Part shown: positions 11,824 through 22,539 of the stretch, piece by piece
How the letters are laid out: every line of letters starts with the position of its first letter
How positions within the stretch are numbered: position 1 is the stretch's first letter
Origin: Prasinococcaceae sp. CCMP 1430
Taxonomy: Eukaryota; Plantae; Prasinodermophyta
Direction: 5' to 3'
Assembly: GCA_013416795.1 (NCBI GenBank)
Contig: RQSC01000806.1
Coordinates: forward strand, 78,512 to 142,511
Length of the DNA: 64,000 nt
Notes under the pieces: model-generated
Seen by the model: only the letters and a program-made list of their open reading frames with translations
Told to the model about the DNA's origin: nothing
Databases searched by the model: none
Made by a program: the position numbers and the translations under genes

Positions 11824-12633
11824 ATGGCGCTGGCGGGCGGGCTCGGAGCGCTCGCGCGGGCCGGCGCTGACCCGGGCGCGTGGGGCGAGGCGTTCGCGTG
11901 GGCCGAGGGCGAGACGCCCGCGTCGAGCCCGTGGGTGGCGGTGTGCGCTGCGGGGGTGTACGTCGCGCTCGTTCTCGCCGGACGGGCAGCTAGCTGGTGC
12001 CGTGCGCCTGCGCTGGCGCGCGCCGTCGCGCCGCTGCACAACCTCATCCTGTGCGGAGGCTCGGCGCTCATGTTCGCAGGGTGCGCGTCAGCGAGCTACC
12101 GCCGCTCCGTGGAGGAGGGCTCAGCCGCGTGGATGCTGTGCACACCATCGAGCGACAGGGTGGTGGGCTCGCTCTACTTCTGGTCGTACGTGTACTACCT
12201 TTCGAAATACTACGAGCTCATCGACACGGTGCTCATGGTGTTGAACGACAAGCCGCTGTCGACGCTGCACGTGTGGCACCATTCGACGGTCATCATCATG
12301 TCGTGGCTGTGGTTGCAATACGCGCAGAGCCTGCAGCAGATCGCGCTACTTACCAACACCGGCGTACATGTCATCATGTACGCGTACTACGGACTCACCA
12401 GCCTGGGATACAAGCCACGGTGGAAGGTCCTCGTGACCAACGTGCAGATCGTGCAGTTTGTCTTCTCGTTCGCCGTTTCCGTGCCGCTGCTGCGAATGCA
12501 CTTCGGCGGCGCGGGGCCGTGCCAGGGCTTCAACGCGTGGGGGTTCAACGCGGGCTTCAACGCCTCGCTTCTCTACCTTTTCTGGGACTTCCATCGGCGC
12601 GTGTACCGGAGCAAGAAGGCCAAGCGCGGCTAG
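11824..12633 (+). CDS. ELO/GNS1-SUR4 fatty acid elongase
   Basis: YYLSKYYELIDT, HVWHH His box, NTGVHVIMYAYY, TNVQIVQF, C-terminal KKAKRG ER-type signal. Confidence 0.93.
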   Translation: MALAGGLGALARAGADPGAWGEAFAWAEGETPASSPWVAVCAAGVYVALVLAGRAASWCRAPALARAVAPLHNLILCGGSALMFAGCASASYRRSVEEGSAAWMLCTPSSDRVVGSLYFWSYVYYLSKYYELIDTVLMVLNDKPLSTLHVWHHSTVIIMSWLWLQYAQSLQQIALLTNTGVHVIMYAYYGLTSLGYKPRWKVLVTNVQIVQFVFSFAVSVPLLRMHFGGAGPCQGFNAWGFNAGFNASLLYLFWDFHRRVYRSKKAKRG

Positions 12634-12863
12634 GCCCGACGTCTCTCGACCGGTTCGACGCGAAAACACGCCCCGGTACTCTCGCGCGCCGATGGCACCG
12701 GCGCGTCCTCAACCTGACGACGAGCGTGGGCAGTCGCCGCAGCGGCCAGCTCCTCATCCGCACCGAGGCAATGGACAACATACATACAGTATCAATAAGT
12801 TACTCATCGTAGTTCGTACATGCCGTCGCCGGGGTAGGGTGAGGGGTGAGGGGAACAGGTTGC

Positions 12864-14180
12864 TCATTGATCGGACGCGTGCGCGTCACTGACCTCCTCG
12901 GTCTCATCCTCCGCCAGCTCGAGCCCGATCCTTTCCAGTAGGAGGCGAGTGAAGAGCTCGACGTCAAACTCGTCGGGCGCCTCTTCTGCAATCGCAGAGT
13001 GCATTTCAGGGCCGTGGTCGATCTCCGCTGCCCCGTCGCCCCCCTCTTGCGGTTGGTTGGCGCCAGCGCGTACCGCGTGGTCGGCGACGCCCTCGCGCAC
13101 GCTCCCGTCCTCGCTCGCTGGCTCGCTCGCCCAGCCCGCCTCGGCCGCCGCGTGTCCCACTTGCACAAGCAGCTCTTCGCGCAGCGCGCCGACGGACCCG
13201 GCGCCGTCCTCCGCGCCCGCCTCGGATTGGACGTCCGCGTCCGCGTCCGTGTCTGTGTCTGTGTCTGTGTCGGAGTCGGAATTCGCGGCGTCCAGCGCGC
13301 CGTCCGGCACGGAGGAGGTTGCGGCCACTGCAGCGGCGGTGGCGCGGCCGCTGTCGGGCCCGTCGGCGGCACCCGCCGAGGGCTCTCGCGCGCACGTATG
13401 CGCCTGCGTGTAGCGATACGCACAGTCGCACGCGTCCCTCTCTGGCGGCACCACGTGCGTGCGACACACAGGGCAGGATCCCTGCACCTGCAGCCACTCG
13501 TCGATGCACTCCATGTGGTAGATGTGGCAGCACCCCGGTAGCTCCCGGACGATCTGACCCGGTCGGCACCGCCGCAGGCAGATGGCGCACCGCGTGCTCG
13601 CAGGGCGCGCGCCACCGTCGCCCTCGCCGGCCACGCTCCCGCCACCGAACTTCTCCGCCGGCGCCGCGGGGATGCGCGCGACCTCGTCGGCGCTCAGAGG
13701 CGGCGTCGGCCTGTTGCCAGGAAACCTTTCGTAGAGCTCCTCGTAGGACATGGAGTCGATGTCTATCTGCCACTCGGAGCGGCCCGAGTACGCCGCGTAC
13801 GCGGCATAGCGCCCGGTGCGCCGGCCCAGCCCGCCCCCCACGCCGATGGCGCGGCCGAAGCGCTCCAGGCGTTGCAGCTCGCGCGCGAGCTCCTCATCGT
13901 CGCGCACCTGCTCGCTGCGGCCACCCGCAAACCTGCGGCGATGGCGCTGCTGCTGTGGCTGCGAATCCTGGCGCTGCTGCTGCGCGCTCGAATTGGTGGA
14001 GCGCCCCCGCCGCCGGGCCGCTGCAGGCCCGCGGGCGGCTCCGCGCTTCCTCCACGCCAGCCACGGCCGGCGCACCACCAGCACCTCCACGGCCGCGAGC
14101 GTGCCCGCGGCGGCGCGCACCCACGGCGGCGCAGCCACGACCAAGGGCAGCGCCGCGCCCGCCACAAACGCGCGCCACAT
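12864..14180 (-). CDS. RING-H2 E3 ubiquitin ligase (termini uncertain)
   Basis: DIDSMSYEELYE, then CAIC-x-LPGCCHIYHMECIDEWL-x-SCPVCR. Confidence 0.8.
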   Translation of the reverse strand: MWRAFVAGAALPLVVAAPPWVRAAAGTLAAVEVLVVRRPWLAWRKRGAARGPAAARRRGRSTNSSAQQQRQDSQPQQQRHRRRFAGGRSEQVRDDEELARELQRLERFGRAIGVGGGLGRRTGRYAAYAAYSGRSEWQIDIDSMSYEELYERFPGNRPTPPLSADEVARIPAAPAEKFGGGSVAGEGDGGARPASTRCAICLRRCRPGQIVRELPGCCHIYHMECIDEWLQVQGSCPVCRTHVVPPERDACDCAYRYTQAHTCAREPSAGAADGPDSGRATAAAVAATSSVPDGALDAANSDSDTDTDTDTDADADVQSEAGAEDGAGSVGALREELLVQVGHAAAEAGWASEPASEDGSVREGVADHAVRAGANQPQEGGDGAAEIDHGPEMHSAIAEEAPDEFDVELFTRLLLERIGLELAEDETEEVSDAHASDQ

Positions 14181-15240
14181 GCCCTGTGCCCCGGCCGCTC
14201 CTCGCCCGAGAGAAGGGTGTTGCGCGTGAGCTGCGCCAGCGGAGCCAGCAGCGCGAAGAGCGCGCGTCGGCGCTTGTGTCGCACCAGGATGGCCTCGGTC
14301 GCGAAGCCATAGTTGGTTCCGAAGAGCGCCGCGCCTGCGCCTTCCCGCGCGGGGCGGTGCGCGGGTGCGGGTGCGCGCGCGCGAGAAAGCGGCCCACTTC
14401 CTCCAGGCGGCTCTTCCCTCCCCCACGGGAGGCGCCGGCGCCGGCGCCGACGGGCCGACCGCGGCACCTGTGCCACCCCTGTCCCTGCCTGCTGCAGCGG
14501 CAGCGCCGCTGCCACCACCCCACGCACGCGCGCGAGGCGCTCGCGCGCGCCGCGCCCCTCGCGCAACCCCCCTTCCTCCACCCACACGCCCCGCAGGCGC
14601 GCGCGAGCGCTGCTGTCCCCCTCCTCTTCCCCTTTATACCCTCCAAACGACTCCCCTAGGTGTGTGCGCGCGCCTTCCCCTTCCCCTTCCCCTTCCCCTT
14701 TCCCTCCACCACCCACCGAGCGCGCGCCGCAGGCGCGCGCGCGCGCTGTGTGGCGCGCGCGGGGACCACGCGCCGCCAGCTTGGCGCGCGGCACCTTTAC
14801 GGTGGATACAAAAAACAGGGTTTATTTATCTCATCAATATACATTACACAATTCTCGCTTCGCGCCCGGCGGGGTTCGGGTTGACGCCGGGCGCGCGCGC
14901 GCGCGCGCGCTTCTTTTTCGGGACCCATTTGCGGATGGGGATTCCGCCCCGCGCGCGCGCGCGCGCGCGCCCCGCCGCCGCCGCCGAACCCCGCGACGAA
15001 TGGGCGGCCCCGCGTCCGACGCGGCGCGCGCGCGCGCGCGAAAAAAAAGAAAACAAACGGCGGAATCCCGAATCGATAACGTGGGGCGCAGGACCGCCCG
15101 GAGCCTTTCTTGGAGCGAAGCGACGCGACGCAGTCACCCCCGGCCAGCAAACGCCGACGCATTGCACACTTGAAATTCTAAAAGACGTATAATATACCCA
15201 CGGGCGACAGCTCATCATCGTGCGCTTTGCGTCTGCGGCG

Positions 15241-15432
15241 CGTGTAGCTGCTGCTGAAGCTGCTGCTGCTGCTGCTGCTGCTGGTGGTGTTGGTCCTCCT
15301 TTCGAAGCGTGCGGGCCGCAGAGCTTCCTGCTCGTGTTCGCCCCCCCCTCCCGCTGGTTGGCCTCTGCTGCGCGTGCAGCTGCTGCTGAAGCTGCTGCTG
15401 CTGCTGCCGCTGCTGCTGCTGCTGCTGGTGGT
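15241..15432. repeat. Two related CTG/CAG trinucleotide blocks
   Basis: gctgctgctgaagctgctg...ggtggtg occurs at about 15247 and 15379. Confidence 0.8.
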
Positions 15433-16106
15433 GGTCACCTGCCACCCTCGGCTTGGTTGGCAGCAGCCTTCTTCGCGCCTTGTTGTCTCGACAGGCTCTC
15501 CCGGTTCCACCGGGTTCTTTCCCAGGTCATCCACATTTTTTCGCTCGACACCGGCGTACATCCCAGAAATACTTGGGCCGGCGCCGGGGGGGGTGGTGGG
15601 CCCGGGTCAGCAGCGCAATGCTGGGATCAAACGCGCGCGTAGCGAAGTACCCGTAGTACGGGGGTGCGGGTCCCAGCCCCGGTTCGGACCTCCTGGATGT
15701 GTTGGGGCTGATTGTATTGTACCAGGTAAACGACTATGCCCATTCCTATTCCCACCCCGACTCCGCCTGGGGGCGGGCGGCACGCGCGCGGCGCGCGCGT
15801 GGCGCGTGCCCCGAACCGCAACGCGCGCGCGCGGCGCGCCCCCCCCCCCCAACCGGCAACGAATGGATCTAAAAGACGTCAAATGAAACCACGGGCGACC
15901 GCTTTCGAAACGCGCGTCGCCGCGCGCTTCTTCCCGCGCGCGGATTTGGGGTTTGTATGTAGGGTCCACAACGTGCCGTCGAAAGGGTGCGATGTGACGC
16001 GAATTGAAGGGGAGAGGGGTTTGGGTTGGGAAAAGAAACGGCGCGCGCGCTCGCCACACGCCCTCGGTGCGCGCGGGGGGACGCGCGCGCGGGTGTGGGC
16101 GGGTGA

Positions 16107-16814
16107 GTGTGGGCGCGCGCCACTCGGCGGGCGCGCTGCCGCGCGGCCGCGGCGCAGGCGCAGGGGCCGCACGAGGTGCTCGGCGTGGACTACGGCGCGT
16201 CGCGCGAGGAGCTGCGCGCGGCGTTCCGCCGACTCGTGCGCACGCAGCACCCGGACGTGGTCGCGGCCCGAAGCGGCGAGCAGGCGCAGCGCCAGGCGAA
16301 CGCGCGCTTCATCGAGATACTGGGCGCGTACGAGGCGCTCATGGGCGATGGGCGGCGGGGCGACTGGCTCTCCGAGCTGGACATCGACGCGCCGAGGTGG
16401 ACCGTGAACGGCGGCCGCCACAAGGGCCGGTGGCGGTCAGAGGAGATCGAGTTCTACCCGATGGAGCCCACGATCGAAAACCGCGCGTACGACACGCGGA
16501 GCGACGCAGAGATGCAGGCCGCTGCGAGCGCCTGGATGGCGCACCAAGAGGAGCGCGCGCGGGCGAAGGAGGAGCGCGAAGCCGCCCTCCGAGCACAACG
16601 AGATGCACAGCGCGCGCGAGCGAGGCAGGCGCAGGCGCGCCAGTCTAGCTCCGCGGGCGACGGCATGATGATGGCGTTCGTCGGCCTGGCAGCCTTCATG
16701 GCGGTGTCCACGTCGAGTGGCATGCCAGCCAGCGGCAACGATTCGCGTCCGGCGGGCATGCCGGCCGCCGGGGAGTGCCGCGAGCGGGGCGGAGGGCTCT
16801 GCCGCTTCCTCTGA
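16107..16814 (+). CDS. DnaJ-domain protein with C-terminal hydrophobic segment (start uncertain)
   Basis: PHEVLGV...ELRAAFRRLVRTQHPDV...ARFIEILGAYEAL J domain with HPD. Confidence 0.85.
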   Translation: MWARATRRARCRAAAAQAQGPHEVLGVDYGASREELRAAFRRLVRTQHPDVVAARSGEQAQRQANARFIEILGAYEALMGDGRRGDWLSELDIDAPRWTVNGGRHKGRWRSEEIEFYPMEPTIENRAYDTRSDAEMQAAASAWMAHQEERARAKEEREAALRAQRDAQRARARQAQARQSSSAGDGMMMAFVGLAAFMAVSTSSGMPASGNDSRPAGMPAAGECRERGGGLCRFL

Positions 16815-16983
16815 GCAGCACACCCGCACGAGGAACGCGGTGCGTGTGCGAAGGGCAAATAGAATTACATGCTTGCACTGCCGACCAGTATTTGGTCTCC
16901 TCATCCATTTTTGTATACATTGCGTAGTTGTTTGTCGCCCGTTGCGCTGCTTTCGGATGCGCCATGCGCGCTCGAGCATGCGG

Positions 16984-18744
16984 TCAGTTTTGCGCGTGCG
17001 GAAGAGAGGACGCGTCGCCGGCGCCCCCTGGCTGAGTGACGACGGTCACGGAGGGGCCCAACAGCGCGGAGCTCCCTCCATTCGCGCGGCCGCGGCCGGA
17101 GTGATCGCCGTTGCTGCCGTCCCTGGAGTGCGCGCCCTCGTCGTCGCCCGGGCAGCAGTCGTTGAGATCGCATCGCTGCACCGTGATGGTGTCCACACGC
17201 CGCTTGTCCGCTTTCACGACGGTGACAAGCCACTTGGCACTGCGGCTCTCGCCCACGTCCTGCCCCTCGTCGTGGCCGTCCACGTCTTCCGCCGCCATGG
17301 CCTCTGCGGCATCCCAGTTGAGCTCGACGACCGCGCGCTGGCCCGCCTGAGCGATGTACCCGTTGAAGGCGGCGCTAATCGCCCACCCCGACACCATGTC
17401 GTAGTCACCGTCTGGCGGGGATACGCCGAGCATCTCACTGAAGTCGTCCATGCGCGTCTGCCAGGCGTCGCGCACGGTGGCGGCGCTCGGACGCCCAGCG
17501 GCGTCGCGCGCGTCCACGGCGACCGACGCCAGGTCACGCTGCGCGCGGTTCGCCTCGCCTTGCTTCTCGTCGTAAATCTCCCCGACCAGCGACTCGAGCA
17601 CGTCCTCCAGCGTTGCGATGCCTACCACCCCGCCGCTCTCGTGAACCAGGCACGCCATGTGCAGCCGCCGCTGCTGGAGCTCGCTGAGCAAAGCCATGTG
17701 CGACATGGTCTCGCTCACGAACACAGCCTCATGCATCAGGTCCCTCACGCGCGAGTCGAGCGAGATGCCCGCCAGCGACGCCCGCGCGGCCCCCCCGCCG
17801 CCGTGCTCTCCCGCGTGCGTCGCACTCGGCCCAGCCATCGCGCGCGCGACGCCGTCGCCCCCAACCTCCGCGTCAGACTCTAGCTGGAGGGTATCGACGA
17901 GCTCGAGCAGGTCCGCAGCGAAGGCGATGCCGATGACGTTGTCCACGCGCTTCGAGTACACGGGCACGCGCGAGAAGCGGTGCTGCCGCCAGAGCTCGTA
18001 CAGCGCGCCGAGCGGCGCGTCCCCGTTGACGGCCACCACGTCGCACAGCGGCGTCATGCACTCGGCCACGGGGCGGCTGTCCATGTCCATGGCGCGCTCC
18101 ACCAGCGCCTGCTCCCCTACCGACAGCGAGCCCGCGTCGCCCGCGCCGGCCACCACCAAGCGCAACTCCTCCTCCGACACCTCGGGATTGGCGTCCGGGT
18201 CGACGCCGAACAGCCTCAGCAGCACGTTGGATCCCGCGGTGAGGCAGCGCGACAGCGGGTACAAGGGCACGCTCAGGGCGTTCACGGCGGGCAGCAGCAG
18301 CCGCGCCAGCGGGGTTGCGAAGGTCACCGCGATCGTCTTGGGCACGATCTCGCAGAACACCAGCACCACCACCGCGAGCACCGCGGCGCTGATCGCCACG
18401 CCCTTGGGGCCGAACATGCAGCCCGCAAGGTACGCCGCCAGCGTGGATGTGGCCACGTTGGCCAGCGTCGAGCCGATCAGGATGGTCGACAGGAAGCGCG
18501 ACACGTCCGACACGGTCGCCGAGAAGACCCCCCTCTCTCCGCGCTCCGCCTCCTCGCCGGCCAGCTCGCGCATCTTCCAGGGCCACAGCGTGGTGAGCGC
18601 GATCTCCACCAGCGAGAAATACGCGTTGACGAAGAGCAGGGCCACCAGCGCGGCCAGCGCGCCCATGTCGAGCGCCGCCCAGTCGATCGCTGCGGCGGCG
18701 CGCGCCTGCGGCGGCGCCGCGGAGGCCGCCCCCACGCAGCCCTC
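16984..18744 (-). CDS. CNNM/DUF21 + CBS-pair + CorC-type membrane protein, probably plastid; 5' end in gap
   Basis: NAYFSLVEIALTTL, LSTILIGSTLAN, FCEIVPKTIA, VAECMTP, HRFSRVPVY, GIATLEDVLESLVGEIYDE. Confidence 0.9.
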   Translation of the reverse strand, partial: EGCVGAASAAPPQARAAAAIDWAALDMGALAALVALLFVNAYFSLVEIALTTLWPWKMRELAGEEAERGERGVFSATVSDVSRFLSTILIGSTLANVATSTLAAYLAGCMFGPKGVAISAAVLAVVVLVFCEIVPKTIAVTFATPLARLLLPAVNALSVPLYPLSRCLTAGSNVLLRLFGVDPDANPEVSEEELRLVVAGAGDAGSLSVGEQALVERAMDMDSRPVAECMTPLCDVVAVNGDAPLGALYELWRQHRFSRVPVYSKRVDNVIGIAFAADLLELVDTLQLESDAEVGGDGVARAMAGPSATHAGEHGGGGAARASLAGISLDSRVRDLMHEAVFVSETMSHMALLSELQQRRLHMACLVHESGGVVGIATLEDVLESLVGEIYDEKQGEANRAQRDLASVAVDARDAAGRPSAATVRDAWQTRMDDFSEMLGVSPPDGDYDMVSGWAISAAFNGYIAQAGQRAVVELNWDAAEAMAAEDVDGHDEGQDVGESRSAKWLVTVVKADKRRVDTITVQRCDLNDCCPGDDEGAHSRDGSNGDHSGRGRANGGSSALLGPSVTVVTQPGGAGDASSLPHAQN

Positions 18745-18875
18745 NNNNNNNNNNNNNNNNNNNNNNNNNNNNNNNNNNNNNNNNNNNNNNNNNNNNNNNN
18801 NNNNNNNNNNNNNNNNNNNNNNNNNNNNNNNNNNNNNNNNNNNNNNNNNNNNNNNNNNNNNNNNNNNNNNNNNNN

Positions 18876-18906
<31 letters not shown>

Positions 18907-19252
18907 TGAGAGCGTGCGCGGCAGCGCACCGCCTGCCTCCTCGCTCCGCGCGCGGTCACTCGCCCGCGCGCGCCGCGCGCGCCACATCACACCTTAATCC
19001 TAATTTCATATAACCACGGGAGACTATCTTTCGCCTGACCCAGGTTCGCACGCCGTCACGGGCGCATCGCCCCGGTCTCTCACCCCCCCCTCCGCCGCTC
19101 GAACCGGTCCATCACCGGGTTCGGCGTCCGCGCATCCGGGTTCGCCGCGCCGCGCCGCGGGCGCGCCACGTCGCGCGCCGCGCGCCACTTGGCGCCGCCC
19201 AAAGCCCTCGCGGCGCTGGCCAGTATGAAATATTTTTTAAAAAAAGCTATAT

Positions 19253-19371
19253 CGAACCTCATGTGAAAGAGCGCTATTAAATACATTTAAATGGCGAGAT
19301 CAAACCTGATGTGAAAAGAGCTATTAAATAAATAAAAAAAGCTTTTCTGTCGAACCTCATGTGAAAGAGAG
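19253..19371. repeat. Three imperfect copies of CRAACCTSATGTGAAA at 48-50 bp spacing
   Basis: Copies start at 19253, 19301 and 19351 in an AT-rich intergenic region. Confidence 0.75.
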
Positions 19372-20062
19372 CGATGGAGCTCGGCGACATGCGGGCGGAA
19401 ATGCGGCTGCGCGCAGCATGCGGTTTGGTGTGAGACACGGCCACGGGAAAGAGACGCAGCAGAATGCTTGCACATCGCGTGTCACGTGCGATTCTCTCTC
19501 TTTATGGAACCCTCTTTTAAAGCACCCAAACAACGCACGCCTCAAACCTGAACCGCGGCGCTCGACCGAGGGCGCCCAGCTCCTTTTTTTGTAGCCGTTC
19601 GACCCGAATCGCCAAAAAATGTATTTACGGAAGATCGACCCCAAATGTGTCCTACCGAGTTTTATCTATCTATATCTGATATACATTCGGCGGAAGATGA
19701 GCTCGAATGTGCGACGCCGCTCTGCCGGTTCCCCCCCCGCGCCCACCCAGCCCGCGCACCCAGCCCGCGCGCTCAACAGCCCAGGCCGCACCTGAAGTTA
19801 ACAACGCAATTCTTATTCGGCGGAAATTAAATATTGAAATATTTTGAAGTGAATTCATTCTAATGTTATTAACGGAATTGTAGAGCGCGGAAAACGCGCG
19901 TTTTTTGCGGGACCCTTCCATTGCCACCATTGGCGCGCGCGCGAAAACGCGCGCGCGCGCCACAGCGCGCACGCGTGCACGCCCGCGGCGCCACCGGCAC
20001 GCGCCACCGCCACCGCACTGCCACCCATCCGCGCCAGCTCCGTCTCCACCCCACCGCTCGCG

Positions 20063-20818
20063 ATGCGCCACAACCACAACCAGAGCCAGATCTCGTTCGG
20101 CGAGGAGCCGGTGACGTACGGCATGCGCTCGGACGCCCGCGCCAACAGCAGCAACGCCTACGCCAACGGCGCCGACCAGAACTGCGGCAACTTCATCACC
20201 GACCGCACCACCAGCCGCGTGCTCAAGGCGCCGGGCGGCGGCTCGTCGATCTCCTTCGGCGACGAAGCCCCCGCCGGCCAGCTCCAGCAGCAGGCGCCGA
20301 CGCGCCGCGGACCGCCTGCCTCGCAGATCTCGTTCGGCTACGACGAGGCCCCCGCCCCGGCGCGCGCGGCCCAGCCTGAGCAGGCGACCTACGGCATGCG
20401 CTCGGACGCCCGCGCCAACAGCAGCAACGCCTACGCCAACGGCGCCGACCAGAACTGCGGCAACTTCATCACCGACCGCACCACCAGCCGCGTGCTCAAG
20501 GCGCCGGGCGGCGGCTCGTCGATCTCCTTCGGCGACGAAGCCCCCGCCGGCCAGCTCCAGCAGCAGGCGCCGACGCGCCGCGGACCGCCCCCCGCGTCGC
20601 AGATCTCGTTCGGGGGGGAGCCGACTACCTATGGCATGCGCTCGGACGCCCGCGCTAACAGTAGCAACGCCTACGCCGACGGAGGCAACCAGAACTGCGG
20701 CAACTTCATCACCGACCGCCCCACGAGCCGCGTGCTCAAGGCTCCGGGCGGTGGCTCTTCGATCTGCTTCGGCAGCGAGAACGTCAACCCCCAGCACACC
20801 GGCCATTGGACCCGCTAA
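20063..20818 (+). CDS. SPIRAL1-like microtubule-associated protein with three tandem repeats
   Basis: Three copies of NAYANGxxQNCGNFITDRxTSRVLKAPGGGSSIxFG, matching the SPR1 C-terminal motif (GQNxGNFLTDRPSTKV..PGGGSSL..FG). Confidence 0.82.
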   Translation: MRHNHNQSQISFGEEPVTYGMRSDARANSSNAYANGADQNCGNFITDRTTSRVLKAPGGGSSISFGDEAPAGQLQQQAPTRRGPPASQISFGYDEAPAPARAAQPEQATYGMRSDARANSSNAYANGADQNCGNFITDRTTSRVLKAPGGGSSISFGDEAPAGQLQQQAPTRRGPPPASQISFGGEPTTYGMRSDARANSSNAYADGGNQNCGNFITDRPTSRVLKAPGGGSSICFGSENVNPQHTGHWTR

Positions 20819-21154
20819 ACGAGGCGTCCCCTAACTGCGGCGCGCCTCCATTGCGCAGCCGCATGCATCGCTGGCCACCAGTAGTCCTTAAGTCCTAATG
20901 ACGCTCGCGACCCGAGCATAACGCCACCGCTCTTTTCGAGCGCATCGACCCGGCGGCGAGCGCGTCGCCACGCCCGGCGCAGCGGTCACTCGCGCACGGC
21001 GCTCGGCAGCCGGGGGTCGTTCTGTGAGTGCAAAGAGTGTCGTGCAACATTATCGCGCGAGGCATGCCCGCCAGCGCTCGCGCGGGTCGTCGAAGCAGGA
21101 ATCCCGCGCGTGCGCGCCCAGCCACCACCCCCGCGCGCGCGAGCGCCGTGCTTG

Positions 21155-21844
21155 CTAGCTCGCCAGCGCCTCGAGCACGGGGTCGAAGCTGGTGACGAAC
21201 CAGTCCGCGCCCTCGCGGATGACGTCGCGCGCCACGACCCCTCCGTAGCCAATGAAGACGTCCGCACCGCCCTCCGCGCGCGCCTCGAGGTCGGTCGCGC
21301 CATCGCCGAACATGAGCACCGTCTGCTTGCCACGAGCCGCGCGAATGTGCGCCACTGCGGCCGCCTTGCCACCGCTGCGGCTGGTGAACGCCTCCTCGTC
21401 GAAGCCCGCGTACGTGCCCGCGGGCTCTTCTCCCGCGCTGCCGCCCTCTCCGTGGAAGAGGATGGTGTTCGCGAAGATGTTGTCGTGCGGCACGCCGAGC
21501 TCATCCGAAACCGGCCTGATCATCTGCGTAAAGCCGCCAGACACGAGGAAGACCTCAGTGCCGCGAGCCTGCAGCGCTGCGACGAGTTCCTTGATGCCGG
21601 GCGACAGACGCGGCGGGTTGTTTGCGAGGAAGTCGGCCAGCTGCGCCTCGGTGGGCTCGATGAGCGAGAGGCGCGCGGCGAGCGCCTCCCGGAAGCCCAC
21701 CGAGCCGCCCATGGCCTTGGCCGTCCACGCCGCGACGGCCTCGCCCGCGCCGCAGGCTGCCGCGAGCTCATCGATGCCCTCGTCCACGCACACGGTAGAG
21801 TCCACGTCGAAGCACGCCGCGTCGGCGCCGCGCAGCGCCGCGAG
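21155..21844 (-). CDS. PSP: Phosphoserine phosphatase (HAD); native 5' region replaced by a Lon fragment
   Basis: [47 protein letters not shown]. Confidence 0.9.
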   Translation of the reverse strand, partial: LAALRGADAACFDVDSTVCVDEGIDELAAACGAGEAVAAWTAKAMGGSVGFREALAARLSLIEPTEAQLADFLANNPPRLSPGIKELVAALQARGTEVFLVSGGFTQMIRPVSDELGVPHDNIFANTILFHGEGGSAGEEPAGTYAGFDEEAFTSRSGGKAAAVAHIRAARGKQTVLMFGDGATDLEARAEGGADVFIGYGGVVARDVIREGADWFVTSFDPVLEALAS

Positions 21845-22144
21845 CAGCTTTTCCTTGAGACCGCCGATCGGCAGTACGCGACCGCGCAGCGTGACCTCGC
21901 CCGTCATCGCGATGTCCTTGCGCACCGACACGCCGGTGAGCGTCGAGACAATCGCGGTGACCAGGCCGATGCCGGCGGACGGACCGTCCTTGGGCGTCGC
22001 GCCTTCCGGCACGTGGATGTGGATATCGCTCTTTTCAAACACCTCGGACTTGATGCCAAGGCGGCTGGCACGACTGCGCACCACGGTGCGCGCCGCTTCG
22101 ATCGATTCCTTCATCACGTCGCCCAAGGTACCGGTGCGGATCAC
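21827..22144 (-). other. lon: Proteobacterial-type Lon protease catalytic-domain fragment, in frame with PSP
   Basis: [11 protein letters not shown]...[19 protein letters not shown]...[28 protein letters not shown]; catalytic Ser and Lys both present. Confidence 0.9.
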
Positions 22145-22539
22145 GTACTCCGGGCGGTGGCTCTTCGATCTGGCGCGGCGCGCGCGCGCGCTGTGGCACG
22201 CGCACCGAGCGATCGGCCCCAGGCAGCCCGCAACGGAGTTTCGCGGAGCGACGCGCATTTCGGAGCCGTCTTTACGCCCCCCGAGCCTCGCGCGTCGTCT
22301 CATTTCACGGAATAATTTGGGAGGCGGTTCGGGCGTTCGCCCGAGCTGCCGCCCGCGCCGCAAAAACCTGCGCGCGCGCGGGTGCGTTTTGACCTGCGAA
22401 TCGGATGTGAGTCGCCCGTGGGTAGATGTGATGGTGGTGTGGGAGTGTGGAGGGCGCGCGCGCGCGCGCGGGCCGCGGGCGCGCGTGGGCGCGCCAGAGN
22501 NNNNNNNNNNNNNNNNNNNNNNNNNNNNNNNNNNNNNNN

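Noticed and set aside
15215-15445. PolyQ ORF on the minus strand
   Set aside because: It arises from CAG microsatellites, has no ATG start, and shows no other coding evidence.
19253-19371. Repeat-spacer pattern resembling a CRISPR array
   Set aside because: Only three degenerate copies, the spacers are related A/T tracts, the context is eukaryotic and there are no cas genes.
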